NCBI GenBank assembly: GCA_039024555.1
Contig: JBCCQQ010000013.1
Span: forward strand, 1-64,000
Source of the DNA: Cyanobacteria bacterium P01_D01_bin.156
Lineage (GTDB): Bacteria; Cyanobacteriota; Cyanobacteriia; Phormidesmidales; Phormidesmidaceae
Length of the DNA stretch: 64,000 nt
Direction: 5' to 3'
Below, in pieces: positions 20,170 through 30,888 of the stretch; within the stretch, counting starts at the first letter, position 1; every line of letters begins with the position of its first letter. The notes beneath the pieces were generated by a model. The model saw only the letters and a program-made list of their open reading frames with translations. It was not told where the DNA came from and did no database searches. A program made the translations under genes and the position numbers.

Positions 20170-21855
20170 ATGGCTGACAATCGCAAAAGCCGCGCCATTA
20201 CTCAGGGGGTACAGCGTTCCCCTAACCGTGCCATGCTACGGGCCGTAGGATTCGGAGACGATGACTTTAATAAGCCCATTGTTGGCATTGCTAATGGCTA
20301 CAGCACCATTACTCCCTGCAACATGGGCATCAATACCTTAGCCCTACGGGGAGAGACCGCCCTGCGAGAGGCTGGAGCGATGCCTCAGTTATTTGGCACT
20401 ATTACCATCAGTGATGGTATTTCCATGGGTACCGAGGGGATGAAGTATTCCTTGGTATCTCGGGATGTGATTGCGGACTCGATCGAAACGGCTTGTACAG
20501 GCCAGAGTATGGATGCGGTGCTGGCGATTGGTGGTTGCGATAAGAATATGCCAGGGGCGATTATTGCGATCGCACGTATGAATATCCCTGCCGTCTTTGT
20601 CTATGGTGGCACCATCAAGCCCGGTCATTTAGATGGCGAAGACCTGACCGTAGTGAGTGCCTTCGAAGCGGTCGGTCAGTATAGCGCAGGTAAAATCGAT
20701 GAAGAACGCCTGACGGCAGTAGAGAAAAACGCTTGCCCCGGTGCAGGTTCCTGTGGTGGCATGTTTACTGCCAATACCATGTCCTCTGCCATTGAAGCTA
20801 TGGGACTGAGTTTACCCTACTCATCCACAATGGCCGCAGAAGACGAAGAAAAAGCCGAGAGCACTGAGAAATCGGCCTATGTTCTCGTAGAAGCGGTGCG
20901 TAAGCAGGTTCTACCCAGTCAGATTCTGACGCGAAAAGCGTTTGAAAATGCAATTTCCGTGATTATGGCGGTCGGTGGTTCCACTAACTCGGTACTGCAT
21001 CTGTTAGCGATTGCCCACACCATTGGTGTAAAGCTAACCATCGACGACTTTGAAGAGATTCGTAAGCGAGTGCCGGTCTTCTGTGACCTTAAGCCTTCTG
21101 GTCGCTATGTCGCTACCGATTTACATAAAGCAGGCGGTATTCCCCTAGTTATGAAAATGCTGCTCAAAGAAGGCTTACTCCATGGAGATGCCCTGACGGT
21201 CAGTGGTCAGACCCTTGAAGAAGTGTTGGCAGATGTGCCCGATACCCCCAGCCCTGACCAAGATGTGATTCGTCCCTTCGATAGGCCCATGTATGTTCAA
21301 GGGCATCTTGGAATTTTGAAAGGGAATCTGGCGACTGAGGGTGCAGTTTCTAAATTGACCGGCATTAAAAAGCGGGCAATTACTGGCCCCGCAAGAGTCT
21401 TTGAATCTGAGGAAGATTGTTTAGATGCGATCTTGGCAGGAAAGATTAAGGCCGGTGATGTTATTGTTGTTCGCTATGAAGGGCCAAGGGGTGGTCCAGG
21501 TATGCGAGAGATGTTGGCACCTACCTCAGCAATTATTGGTGCTGGTTTAGGAGATTCTGTTGGTCTGATTACGGATGGTCGATTTTCTGGTGGTACCTAC
21601 GGTATGGTGGTAGGCCATGTGGCTCCTGAAGCCTATGTAGGTGGCACCATTGGCTTAGTGGAAGAGGGAGACTCAATCACCATTGATGCGGATCAGCTGT
21701 TGTTGCAGTTGAATGTATCGGATGAGGAGTTGGCAAAGCGACGGGAAAGTTGGACTGCGCCGGAGCCTCGTTATAAGCGTGGGGTGTTGGCGAAGTATGC
21801 GACGTTAGTCTCATCCAGCAGTCAAGGTGCAGTAACAGATAAAGATCTGTTCTAA
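20170..21855 (+). CDS. ilvD: Dihydroxy-acid dehydratase
   Basis: [51 protein letters not shown]. Confidence 0.97.
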   Translation: MADNRKSRAITQGVQRSPNRAMLRAVGFGDDDFNKPIVGIANGYSTITPCNMGINTLALRGETALREAGAMPQLFGTITISDGISMGTEGMKYSLVSRDVIADSIETACTGQSMDAVLAIGGCDKNMPGAIIAIARMNIPAVFVYGGTIKPGHLDGEDLTVVSAFEAVGQYSAGKIDEERLTAVEKNACPGAGSCGGMFTANTMSSAIEAMGLSLPYSSTMAAEDEEKAESTEKSAYVLVEAVRKQVLPSQILTRKAFENAISVIMAVGGSTNSVLHLLAIAHTIGVKLTIDDFEEIRKRVPVFCDLKPSGRYVATDLHKAGGIPLVMKMLLKEGLLHGDALTVSGQTLEEVLADVPDTPSPDQDVIRPFDRPMYVQGHLGILKGNLATEGAVSKLTGIKKRAITGPARVFESEEDCLDAILAGKIKAGDVIVVRYEGPRGGPGMREMLAPTSAIIGAGLGDSVGLITDGRFSGGTYGMVVGHVAPEAYVGGTIGLVEEGDSITIDADQLLLQLNVSDEELAKRRESWTAPEPRYKRGVLAKYATLVSSSSQGAVTDKDLF

Positions 21856-21926
21856 ATTAGAAAATGAAGGGTGTGTTTACAATGCACCCTCACTCTAATA
21901 TTTGTTTTTGGGAAAAATCATACAAT

Positions 21927-22211
21927 ATGAATCAGGGGCAGGAAGATATTCTCTTTGAAGTTGAAACACCCCTTGGTTTTACAGTCCGCACTACGGTTGA
22001 ATATTGGGATTACATTTCAACTATTAAGCATCCGATTATGCGAGGACGCGAAGCTGATGTTCGTGAGACACTGGCAAATCCAAATGAAGTACATGTGAGC
22101 AAAAATGATCCCCACGTTTATCTGTTCTATCGTAATGATGGTGAGAAACGCTGGATATGCGGTGTGACGAAAAAAATGAATGGTGATGGTTTTCTCATCA
22201 CTGCTTATTGA
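21927..22211 (+). pseudogene. DUF4258/RelE-BrnT-like small toxin-type gene, probably C-terminally truncated
   Basis: TPLGFTVRTT..YW..I...KHP.M, LFYR, GDGFLITAY, then TGA followed by residual TGAIKEG codons. Confidence 0.6.
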
Positions 22212-22241
22212 ACTGGAGCAATCAAGGAAGGAGTTCTATGT

Positions 22242-22472
22242 ATGGCCGAAATAACACCTGCTAAAAATGTAAAGGTATTTCATGACCAGGTAGGAAATAC
22301 GCTAGTTGTTTGGTTTGGTAATCCAGAGGATGAGTATGAAGTCGAAGAAACTGGTCATGAAGTTCTCCTGATGAAGGATCAGTCAGGGCAAGTTATCGGC
22401 TTTGAGAAGTTGAACTTTATGCCAAACTCTGCAGAGCCCATGAGAGTAGCGTTTGAAACGATTAATCTTTAA
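22242..22472 (+). CDS. DUF2283-family small protein (antitoxin-like partner)
   Basis: KVFHDQVGNTLVVWFG, EETGHEVLLMKDQSGQVIGFEKLN. Confidence 0.75.
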   Translation: MAEITPAKNVKVFHDQVGNTLVVWFGNPEDEYEVEETGHEVLLMKDQSGQVIGFEKLNFMPNSAEPMRVAFETINL

Positions 22473-22573
22473 CTCATGAGCCTTACAAAATTATCAGCTT
22501 CTGCTGTTACGCAGTTTACTCAGTTAACAGAAAATCTCGGAATACCTGAAATTATTCGTATAACCTACGCTTT

Positions 22574-22777
22574 GTGGATATTAAGACTGACTTTTCATAT
22601 AGATCCACGATGGCGATTATTGCTAACCTAATGGCCTTCCAGCATGTTGCTACTAAAATCTATGGATTTCTAATTGATGAAAATAAACTTGCTTCTGTTG
22701 TAAATGATATCCAGACGTATCATGCAGCTATAAAGGAGCTATTTCAGAGTTTGCTGGAAACTTTGAACGCCCAATAA
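22574..22777 (+). pseudogene. C-terminal remnant of a HEPN/HepT-like RNase
   Basis: LMAFQHVATKIYGFLIDENKL resembles the FRHxxxxxYGF.LD pattern of HepT-like toxins; no intact 5' part. Confidence 0.45.
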
Positions 22778-22870
22778 ACTTATTGAGAGTTCAGCGATGC
22801 TAATGATGTTTCTCAGATAGTTTTCAGGTTAAGACCGTATCAATAGAATGCTCCTTAGTTCATAGTGGTT

Positions 22871-23374
22871 ATGAAACGTTCAATTCTTCTTTCTTTGGCA
22901 CTGGCCAGTACAATGTTTTTGGCCAGCTGTGCGACTAAATCTACGCCCACAGCATCAACAGATGCCCCCGCAACGACCGAGCAAGCAGCGGCACCTACCT
23001 ATGCTGTATTTGCTGATGATGGTGTAGCCATTCGTGGCGCTGATCCAGTGGCCTATTTTACAGCAGGTGAATATACACCCGGTAGCGATGAGTTTACCCA
23101 TGAGTGGGAAGGAGCTACATGGCAGTTTGCGTCGGCAGAAAACCGTGATTTATTTGCAGCAAACCCTGAAGAGTATGCTCCCCAGTATGGTGGTTTCTGT
23201 GCCTATGCCGTGAGCCAGGGCAATACGGCACCCATTGAGCCGACTGCTTGGGAAATTGTGGATGGCAAGCTTTACTTAAATTTCAACGACAAGATTCAAG
23301 AGCGTTGGGCTAAGGACATTCCTGGTTACATTGCTCAAGCAGATGAAAATTGGCCAGGTGTATTGGCAAACTAG
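22871..23374 (+). CDS. YHS-domain lipoprotein
   Basis: Lipobox LASC; AIRGADPVAYF, WQFASAENRDLF, PQYGGFCAYAV, DGKLYLNF. Confidence 0.88.
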   Translation: MKRSILLSLALASTMFLASCATKSTPTASTDAPATTEQAAAPTYAVFADDGVAIRGADPVAYFTAGEYTPGSDEFTHEWEGATWQFASAENRDLFAANPEEYAPQYGGFCAYAVSQGNTAPIEPTAWEIVDGKLYLNFNDKIQERWAKDIPGYIAQADENWPGVLAN

Positions 23375-23599
23375 CTGAGCAGATGACGTTACTGAATGTA
23401 GGGATGGCTCTCATGTGAACTGCTGCCAAACTTTAGATAACCCATCAAGAGTCGGAGAGAATACTGCTACGTAAGGGCTAAGCCAGGTAATAGCGTGATT
23501 GAGTATTCTCTCTTTCTATCCAAGTCTCTGGGTTTTGTAGACAATCTGGGTGCTGTTTGGAACGACCTTAAGGTCATTTTTGTCGATGCCCTGGGGTGA

Positions 23600-23782
23600 G
23601 TGGCATCGGGGCTGGGGGTGACGCTGCTGCCAGAATCGAGCAAGTTAGCACAGACGGGGATTTTCTATCGTTCGGTGCATGAGGTGCAGCTTGCGATCGC
23701 ATGGAATCGAACATCCCCCATCATTGAGTCTTTTTTAAAAGTCGTAGAAGCCTGTCATGGCACCAAGTTAACCGTCGAATGA
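23600..23782 (+). pseudogene. C-terminal remnant of a LysR-family regulator
   Basis: VASGLGVTLLPES...LAIAWN..SPIIESFL is the end of a LysR substrate-binding domain; no HTH or upstream frame. Confidence 0.65.
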
Positions 23783-23789
23783 GGATGGT

Positions 23790-24380
23790 CTACAGTGCCG
23801 GAAAATGTTGATTGAGATGGTCTTCAAACCGAATAAAGTCATTCTCAATATCAGGATTTTTCATGACATCAAAACACACAAATGTCTCTAGGGGCTGCAT
23901 GCCAAAGAACTTGAAATTCAGATGCATGGGCCAAAACAAATCGTCCACGCTTTTCCCTTCAAAGAACCACTGACCGTCATCATCAAAGGCATCCTTAGGG
24001 GCATTGAAGGTTAGGGACAGCATGTACTTCGCATCTGTTAACGTGCCACCCATCCCATATTGTTGACTGGGATCTTTCCGAGTTCTGCCATCGCCATTAC
24101 ACAGCCGCCCGTCCATGCCTGCCGAATAGACAAAATCCATATAGCGCTTAAAGCTCCAGGGACCTTCCATCCAGTTGACGGGGGTTTGCAGGATAAGCGC
24201 ATCGGCCCACTGATGTTTAGCAATTTCTTGTTCAACGTCATAATCGTCTTTCATCGTGGTGGTTTTGATGTCGTACCCTTTGGCTTCCAAATTGTTTTTT
24301 GCTTGCTCTACCAACGTGGCGTTGAGCTTACCAGGAGAGAACGGATACTCTTCGTGGGCATTGATAATAAAAATGTTCAT
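23790..24380 (-). CDS. MdaB-like NAD(P)H:quinone oxidoreductase (flavodoxin-like fold)
   Basis: [48 protein letters not shown]. Confidence 0.9.
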   Translation of the reverse strand: MNIFIINAHEEYPFSPGKLNATLVEQAKNNLEAKGYDIKTTTMKDDYDVEQEIAKHQWADALILQTPVNWMEGPWSFKRYMDFVYSAGMDGRLCNGDGRTRKDPSQQYGMGGTLTDAKYMLSLTFNAPKDAFDDDGQWFFEGKSVDDLFWPMHLNFKFFGMQPLETFVCFDVMKNPDIENDFIRFEDHLNQHFPAL

Positions 24381-24537
24381 GGCACAATTCTGGTTCTAGG
24401 AGAGGCGATGGCAACGGGCCAAGAGTGAGATATTACGGTTGCTGATTGAGTGTATGAAACGATCTGTAGAAAATGCGACGGGGCAGTATCTGTTTAAGAA
24501 AATCATTCCGAGGATCAGCGACGCCAAGATATTAACG

Positions 24538-25236
24538 CTAAAAACGAGAAGCATTTTCTGCTTCTGATTCCGCTTCATTTCCTTTGCCAAAGAAAGCGGG
24601 AAAGGGTTTGGGAATGGTTACGGCTTTTTGGGTGGCTGGTCGAGCATCAATACGCTCAAACCAGGCATTTAGATTATCCAGACCCTCAACTGAAACCTTT
24701 GCCCAGGGATACGATCTCGCCCAGGGATAGGTGGCGATATCCACAATGGTGAAATCATCTCCTAGCAAGTAGGCTTTACCTGCCAGCTGTTTGTCCAATA
24801 CTTCGAGTAAACGGCGAGACTCGGTCACATAGCGATCGATCGCATAGGGGTCTTCATTACCCTTTGGGGCAGCAATTCGCTGAAAATACATGGCCTGTCC
24901 CATCATTGGGCCAATACCACCCATCTGAAACATCAGCCACTGCAGCGCTTCAGAGCGAGCTTTGTCGCCAATGGGGAGAAACTTCTGATACTTTTCCGCT
25001 AGGTACCAAAGGATAGCACCGGATTCAAAGACAACAAAATCATCGTTGCCACGGTCAACAATGGTCGGGATGCGGCCGTTGGGATTGAGCTTGACATACC
25101 AGTCGGACTTTTGTTCTTTTTTACTAAAATCAATGTAGGTAAGCTCATACTCTATACCGGCTTCTTCGAGAAAGATGACGGGCTTCCAACCGTTCATGGT
25201 AGAAGCTGTGTATAGATGAATATCTGGAAGTGCCAT
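24538..25236 (-). CDS. Glutathione S-transferase (YfcG/Ure2-like)
   Basis: TMNGWKP, LNPNGRIPTIVD, FESGAILWYLAEK, QWLMFQMGGIGPMMGQA. Confidence 0.92.
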   Translation of the reverse strand: MALPDIHLYTASTMNGWKPVIFLEEAGIEYELTYIDFSKKEQKSDWYVKLNPNGRIPTIVDRGNDDFVVFESGAILWYLAEKYQKFLPIGDKARSEALQWLMFQMGGIGPMMGQAMYFQRIAAPKGNEDPYAIDRYVTESRRLLEVLDKQLAGKAYLLGDDFTIVDIATYPWARSYPWAKVSVEGLDNLNAWFERIDARPATQKAVTIPKPFPAFFGKGNEAESEAENASRF

Positions 25237-25366
25237 AAAAACGCCTGACGGAGAAATGACTGCAATCTAAGCTGCTATGCGTAGCCTGCCACCACGATAA
25301 TCAGGCTAGTAACTAGAGTCAACTAGTATACTTTTAGTAACCACTTAGAAACTACACTCAATTCCC

Positions 25367-25729
25367 ATGGGTACGTCTCCCCAGATCACCACTGACAGCA
25401 ATGGCCGGAAAACAGTTGCTGAGCCCTGTTTAGAGCCTTGTCCCATTGAGCGGGGTATGCGGGTGCTTGGCGGCAAGTGGAAGGGGTCAATTCTCTGGCA
25501 TCTGAAAGATGAGCCTGTGCGTTTTAATGATTTGGCGCGTCAAATGGGGGGCGCTAGCAAAAAGATGGTAAGTCAGCGCCTACAGGAAATGGAGGAAACA
25601 GGCTTGGTGAAACGGGAGGTGATTTGCGATCGCCCCATCGCCGTCACCTACGAAATCACTGAATTTGGCAAAACCGCCCTGAGTGTTTTAGAAGAACTCA
25701 AAACCTGGGCAGAACAACATCAGATTTAG
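25367..25729 (+). CDS. HxlR (DUF24) winged-helix regulator, divergent from the GST/MdaB genes
   Basis: CPIE, LGGKWK, RFNDL, VTYEITEFG. Confidence 0.9.
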   Translation: MGTSPQITTDSNGRKTVAEPCLEPCPIERGMRVLGGKWKGSILWHLKDEPVRFNDLARQMGGASKKMVSQRLQEMEETGLVKREVICDRPIAVTYEITEFGKTALSVLEELKTWAEQHQI

Positions 25730-25770
25730 ATAAGCCTGCTAATAGTCCATGGCAAATAGGAGAGCGACAG

Positions 25771-26352
25771 ATGCCCACTTTACAAGACATCCCCAAGGTT
25801 GAAGTAACTTCTGTAAAGGACCTGAGGCAATGGTTTGAAGCAAACTACGCTCAAACAGATTCTATTTGGCTTGTTACCTACAAGAAGGTCGTTCCTGAAA
25901 AATACATATTCATCCAAGAAGTGCTGGATGAAGTTCTGTGCTTTGGGTGGATGGATGGTCGTCGCATGAAGCTGGATGATCAGCGAACAATGCAGCTGCT
26001 ATCACCCCGAAAAACTGAACATTGGTCAAAAACCTATAAAGATCGTGTCGCTAAGCTCACCCAAGCAGGTCGCATGCATGAAGCAGGGTTACGCGTAGTG
26101 GAAGCTGCCCAAAAAAGCGGCATGTGGGACTTTCTAAATGATGTGGATGCATTGATAAAACCGGATGACTTAACACAAGCACTGGAGGAGCATCCTCCTG
26201 CCTTAGCCAACTATGAAACGTTTCCAGATTCTGCTAAGCGCGACATCCTTCGATGGATCAAGCTAGCCAAAAAGCCAGAAACTCGGGCTAGACGGATTTA
26301 CAAAACAGCAATACTGGCCGCCCAAAACAAACGCGCCTCAGGAACACGCTAG
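25771..26352 (+). CDS. YdeI/OmpD-associated family protein
   Basis: LRQWFE, LCFGWMDG, SPRK..HWS, PDDL, WIKLAKKPETRARRI. Confidence 0.88.
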   Translation: MPTLQDIPKVEVTSVKDLRQWFEANYAQTDSIWLVTYKKVVPEKYIFIQEVLDEVLCFGWMDGRRMKLDDQRTMQLLSPRKTEHWSKTYKDRVAKLTQAGRMHEAGLRVVEAAQKSGMWDFLNDVDALIKPDDLTQALEEHPPALANYETFPDSAKRDILRWIKLAKKPETRARRIYKTAILAAQNKRASGTR

Positions 26353-26417
26353 TTAACCACATCATCCGCCCCCTAACTTTCCAACCCGATACAGGTTTTA
26401 GTGTTTTTGACTGGGGG

Positions 26418-26445
26418 TTGACATCTACCTACTAAATGGTAGATG
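26418..26445 (+). promoter_or_regulatory. TTGACA -35 element overlapping a palindromic TetR operator
   Basis: TTGACA at 26418; CATCTACC-N8-GGTAGATG at 26422-26445, ending 8 bp before the TetR ATG. Confidence 0.7.
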
Positions 26446-26453
26446 CTTGATCC

Positions 26454-27023
26454 ATGAAAGAAACCGCTCAACAAATTCTGGATGTTGCTCAAGATCTCGT
26501 ACGTTGCCGAGGCTATAGCGCCTTTAGCTACGCCGACATCTCAGCGCAAGTGGGCATTCGCAAAGCCAGCATTCACTATCACTTTCCCACCAAGGAAGCA
26601 TTAGTGCAGGCATTGGTTCAGCGATACCGAACCGCCTTTCAAGAAAGGCTCAAAGGCATTGAGAGTACAGAGCCCGACCCACAGAAACAACTGCAACAGT
26701 TTGTCGCACTTTACCGGAGTGGACTCAGCGAATGCCAAATCTGTCTCTGTGGCATGTTATCGGTTGAAATTGAGATTTTGGCCGATCCTATTCAACAAGA
26801 GGTCAGAGCGTTTCTTTCAGATACAAAAACCTGGCTTAAGGACGTTTTAGCTGCAGGAGCAGCCGCTGGTTGCCTACAGCCACGAGTCTCTCCAGAAACT
26901 GAAGCATCACTTTTACTAGCCACCATCCAGGGGGCACAGCTATTTGCCCGCACGGCGGCAGACAGCGAAGCGATGTTTAATGGTATTGCTAATCCACTTT
27001 TAGCCACTATCTACGTTGCATAA
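26454..27023 (+). CDS. TetR/AcrR-family regulator (NemR-like)
   Basis: GYSAFSYADIS..VGIRKASIHYHFPTKE HTH; CQICLCG. Confidence 0.92.
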   Translation: MKETAQQILDVAQDLVRCRGYSAFSYADISAQVGIRKASIHYHFPTKEALVQALVQRYRTAFQERLKGIESTEPDPQKQLQQFVALYRSGLSECQICLCGMLSVEIEILADPIQQEVRAFLSDTKTWLKDVLAAGAAAGCLQPRVSPETEASLLLATIQGAQLFARTAADSEAMFNGIANPLLATIYVA

Positions 27024-27079
27024 ACCGGCAATTGCTGATTTCTCTCATCAGTAAGGCCATTTTTATTTACCCATTTATC

Positions 27080-27095
27080 TATCTACTAGTAGGTA
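27080..27095 (+). promoter_or_regulatory. Second TetR-type operator upstream of the SDR gene
   Basis: TATCTACTAGTAGGTA, a near-perfect palindrome sharing the TA(C/T)CTACTA core with the 26422 site. Confidence 0.6.
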
Positions 27096-27122
27096 AATTA
27101 TTCAAAGCAAGGAGATAATCCC

Positions 27123-27905
27123 ATGGCTCAGCAATTTGAAGGACAAAAGCTTATCGTTATCGGCGGCACTAGCGGTATTGGTAAAAGTGTGGCTCAGGTC
27201 GTTCTCCAGGGCGGTGCTTCCGCTGTCCTGGTGGGGCGACGAGCCGAGAAGCTTCAGGCTGCCGTGAAAGAACTTCAGGTATATGGGCCTGTGATTGGTG
27301 AACAAGCTGATATTTCTAAGCCAGAAGAACGTCTGGCACTTAGCGATCGCATCACCAGCAAGCATGCTGATGCCACCCTACTCGTCAATGCAGCTGGCGT
27401 CTTTTTACCCAAATCATTTTTAGAGCACACCGAAGCCGACTACGATCTCTACCTCGATCTCAACAAAGCCACCTTCTTCCTCACCCAAACAGTCGCCAAA
27501 AATATGGTGGAACAAGGCAACAGTGGTGCCATTGTCAATGTCGGCTCCATGTGGGCCAAACAAGCGGTGCAGGCCACTCCCTCATCCGCCTATTCCATGG
27601 CTAAGGCTGGACTGCATTCCCTAACGCAACACTTGGCAATGGAGCTATCTAGCAACAACATTCGCGTCAATGCGGTCTCTCCTGCTGTGGTTGAAACCCC
27701 CATTTACGAAGGATTTATCCCTAAGGATGAAGTGCATGGCGCATTGCAAGGTTTCAACGGCTTCCATCCCATCGGTCGTGTGGGTGCCCCCGAAGATGTT
27801 GCCCAGGCAATTGCATTTCTTCTGTCTAGCAATGCCACTTGGGTAACCGGTGCCGTTTGGGATGTGGACGGCGGTGTCATGGCCGGACGTAACCAATACA
27901 ACTAA
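27123..27905 (+). CDS. Short-chain dehydrogenase/reductase
   Basis: GGTSGIG, VNAAG, NVGS, YSMAK, NAVSP. Confidence 0.93.
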   Translation: MAQQFEGQKLIVIGGTSGIGKSVAQVVLQGGASAVLVGRRAEKLQAAVKELQVYGPVIGEQADISKPEERLALSDRITSKHADATLLVNAAGVFLPKSFLEHTEADYDLYLDLNKATFFLTQTVAKNMVEQGNSGAIVNVGSMWAKQAVQATPSSAYSMAKAGLHSLTQHLAMELSSNNIRVNAVSPAVVETPIYEGFIPKDEVHGALQGFNGFHPIGRVGAPEDVAQAIAFLLSSNATWVTGAVWDVDGGVMAGRNQYN

Positions 27906-27991
27906 CCTTAACAGGACACCGCTCATCTTGCGTCGGGGCTGTGCCTCCTGCCAGCCCTCCCCTCCAGAATGTTGTTTCACTTCTCCAAACC

Positions 27992-28648
27992 ATGAAAATT
28001 CATGCCGATTTAAACCAACGCGCCGTTGTATCCAGTAACGATATTCCCTGGGTCGATTCTCCCATGGCCGGTGTGCAACGCCGCATGCTGGAACGGGATG
28101 GGGAAGAAGTAGCACGAGCTACGTCCATCGTTCGCTATGCCCCCGGCAGTTACTTTTCAGCCCATACCCACGGAGGCGGCGAAGAATTTCTAGTCCTGGA
28201 AGGGGTGTTCTCCGATGAGCACGGCGACTTTGGCCCTGGTACCTATGTCCGAAATCCTGTCGGTTCGAGTCATACACCCCATAGCAAAGAGGGCGCAATA
28301 ATTCTAGTCAAGCTGTGGCAAATGGACCCTGAGGACCAACAACAGGTCACCATTGATACCACCCAGGCAGGCTGGGCTCCTGGACTGGTAAAAGGGCTAC
28401 AGGTATTCCCCCTCCACGCCTACGGGACTGAACAGGTTGCGTTAGTAAAGTGGGCACCGGGGACTAAGTTTCAACCCCATCGTCACTGGGGCGGAGAGGA
28501 GATTTTTGTTCTTGCAGGAACATTTGCTGATGAACACGGAGTTTATCCCCAGAGCACCTGGCTTCGCAATCCTCCCGACAGTGTTCATACACCGTTTAGT
28601 GATGAGGGCTGCCTGATTTATGTGAAAACAGGACATTTGTCTGTCTAG
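27992..28648 (+). CDS. ChrR-like tandem cupin protein
   Basis: Two repeats of H.H.GGEE..VL.G.F.DEHG..R.P..S.HTP. Confidence 0.9.
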   Translation: MKIHADLNQRAVVSSNDIPWVDSPMAGVQRRMLERDGEEVARATSIVRYAPGSYFSAHTHGGGEEFLVLEGVFSDEHGDFGPGTYVRNPVGSSHTPHSKEGAIILVKLWQMDPEDQQQVTIDTTQAGWAPGLVKGLQVFPLHAYGTEQVALVKWAPGTKFQPHRHWGGEEIFVLAGTFADEHGVYPQSTWLRNPPDSVHTPFSDEGCLIYVKTGHLSV

Positions 28649-28871
28649 TATTCATCAGGGTTTTTCCGCCCACCACCGTCCCCCTGACGTTGTCAGTTAT
28701 CTTCTTGAAATTTAGCCTGATCATCTAAGTTTTCTCTAGAAGAACAAATTTTACTCAACAGAGCTAGTTTCACTCGCCGTATAGTTTTTAAGCGATTAGG
28801 ATTCTTCTTTGGTTTCAAAACTTTACCTTTTAGAAGCTGTTTTAAATTAAACAAAAATTAGCAAATCATAG

Positions 28872-28885
28872 TTACCTAAAGGAAA
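28872..28885 (+). promoter_or_regulatory. ChlR-type box upstream of acsF
   Basis: TTACC-TAAA-GGAAA fits the TTMCC-N3/4-GGWAA consensus as I recall it for cyanobacterial ChlR. Confidence 0.65.
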
Positions 28886-29023
28886 AAAATGTGCATAGTC
28901 TACGTTCTATAAAAGCAGAAAATTACGTGGAAAATTATGGCCATTTTTTCCCTTTATCATCAGAGCAAAATCATATTATTGTTTCTATATCTAAAAAGCT
29001 ATGAACAGGCATTTGAGGTAAAA

Positions 29024-30082
29024 ATGGTCAGTACTGCCCCTGCCGCCGTAAGCCAAAAATCCCGGGTTGAAGAAAATCTTCTGACGCCTCGTTTTTACAC
29101 GACTGATTTTGATAAGGCTGCTAATCTAGACCTTTCGGATGGCAAGGTAAATCTGGAGGCAATGTTGACAGAAATGAGGGCCGATTATAATCGCCATCAT
29201 TTTGTAAGGAGTGATGCTTTTAAGCAGACATGGGAGCATATTCAGGGAGAAGAGCGGCAAGCATTTGTGGATTATCTAGAACGTTCTTGTGTTTCTGAAT
29301 TTTCAGGTTTTTTATTGTTTAAGGAGCTATCGCGGAAGCTGAAGGGACGTAACCCACTATTAGCGGAAATATTTGCACTGATGGCCCGTGATGAGGCTCG
29401 GCATGCTGGTTTCTTAAATAAGGCGATGGCGGATTTTAATATCTCATTAGATCTTGGCACGCTAACAAAAAAGAGAAACTATACGTTTTTCCCAGTGGAA
29501 TGGATCATCTATGCGGTATATCTATCGGAGAAGATTGGTTACTGGCGCTATATTCTGATCCATCGTCACTTAGAACAATATCCTGAAAATCGCTTCTATC
29601 CATTATTTAATTATTTTGAAAGCTGGTGTCAGGATGAGAATCGCCATGGGGATATTTTTAAGGCGTTGTTGAGGTCTCAATCAAATATGTGGAAGACCTG
29701 GCAGTCAAAGCTTTGGAGTCGCTTTTTCCTGCTCTCGGTTTTTGCTACCCACAGTCTTACTGTCCATGAGCGCACTAAGTTTTACGAGATGTTGGGGTTA
29801 GATGCGACGGAATTTGACACCCAGGTCATCCGCGAAACCAACAATACCTCTGCTCGTGCTTTCCCCGTTATTCTAGATGTTGATCATCCCGAGTTCTTTA
29901 AGCGTCTCGATCAATGTGCTGATCGTAATCTCAAGCTTAAAGACATTGCTGAAGGTTCAGCGCCTAAAGTATGGAAGCTCTTGCGGAAAGTTTCTCTGGT
30001 AGCCGGTACAGTCGGAGATTTACTGAAATTGTATTTCCTCCCGACTATTGATGCTGAAGCCTTGAGAGAAACTGTGTATTAA
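29024..30082 (+). CDS. acsF: Mg-protoporphyrin IX monomethyl ester oxidative cyclase, probably the low-oxygen AcsF2/ChlAII type
   Basis: LLTPRFYTTDF, ERSCVSEFSGFLL, DEARHAG, SEKIGYWRY, DENRHG; RBS GAGG upstream. Confidence 0.95.
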   Translation: MVSTAPAAVSQKSRVEENLLTPRFYTTDFDKAANLDLSDGKVNLEAMLTEMRADYNRHHFVRSDAFKQTWEHIQGEERQAFVDYLERSCVSEFSGFLLFKELSRKLKGRNPLLAEIFALMARDEARHAGFLNKAMADFNISLDLGTLTKKRNYTFFPVEWIIYAVYLSEKIGYWRYILIHRHLEQYPENRFYPLFNYFESWCQDENRHGDIFKALLRSQSNMWKTWQSKLWSRFFLLSVFATHSLTVHERTKFYEMLGLDATEFDTQVIRETNNTSARAFPVILDVDHPEFFKRLDQCADRNLKLKDIAEGSAPKVWKLLRKVSLVAGTVGDLLKLYFLPTIDAEALRETVY

Positions 30083-30088
30083 ACATGA

Positions 30089-30122
30089 GCCGTTGCTGAT
30101 CCTCCCCTAAATCAGCAACGGC
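30089..30122. terminator. Hairpin between the convergent acsF and hpf genes
   Basis: Perfect 12-bp stem GCCGTTGCTGAT / ATCAGCAACGGC with a 10-nt loop. Confidence 0.75.
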
Positions 30123-30154
30123 AACAAGCATACCTGCAAGAGCTATAAGTCTCG

Positions 30155-30760
30155 CTAACTAGCTACTGTAGTAGTCGTAGCCAAACGCGGTTGAATTAAG
30201 CCATAACCACCGTGATTACGCTCATAAATAACATTAATTTGGCCAGTGCTTGAGTTTTGGAACATGAAAAAATCATGGCCGATCAGCTGTAGCCTTTCCA
30301 AGGCCTCTTGCACCGACATCGGTGGCATGGCAAAAAATTTGTTACGGACAACAGCAGGAGGAAGCGCCGGACTACGCTCATTAATAATGTCGGTCGGATT
30401 GATGGACTGGGCATTGGATGCCTTAAACATAGCTTCTGGATCGATTTGAACACCCTCACGCTGGTGATGCTTTTCCTTAAATTTTCTCAGCTGTCGGGTG
30501 ATTTTGTCAGCAACTAGATCAATACTGCTGTAGAGATCTTCATGTCTCTCCATTGCTCGAATAACTGTCCCCTTTGCATAGGTTGTCACTTCAGCTTTTT
30601 TTATACCCTGTGTTCGCGTATTGTGATGAACCGATAGAGTAATATCTACCTCGGTTATCAAGTTTTCAAAATGGTGTGTGGCTTTACTAATTTTTTGATG
30701 GGCATACTTACGAAGAGAGTCAGTAATCTCAATGTTTTTGCCTTGAAGCACTACTTTCAT
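30155..30760 (-). CDS. hpf: Long ribosome hibernation factor (LrtA/HPF)
   Basis: MKVVLQGKNIEIT, DLYSSIDLVADKI.RQLRKFKEK, C-terminal PMSVQEALERLQLIGHDFFMF...YER..GGYGLI. Confidence 0.92.
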   Translation of the reverse strand: MKVVLQGKNIEITDSLRKYAHQKISKATHHFENLITEVDITLSVHHNTRTQGIKKAEVTTYAKGTVIRAMERHEDLYSSIDLVADKITRQLRKFKEKHHQREGVQIDPEAMFKASNAQSINPTDIINERSPALPPAVVRNKFFAMPPMSVQEALERLQLIGHDFFMFQNSSTGQINVIYERNHGGYGLIQPRLATTTTVAS

Positions 30761-30888
30761 TTGAGAAGTCTCCTTGAAGTGAGTGACTATTGATACTCTC
30801 TAGCGCCACTAGTATCTTCCTACGATTTTCTAAAATTACAAAGTAGGTTCTCGTAAGACAGTTAGGGAACCTGAGGAAAAAAATAAAC

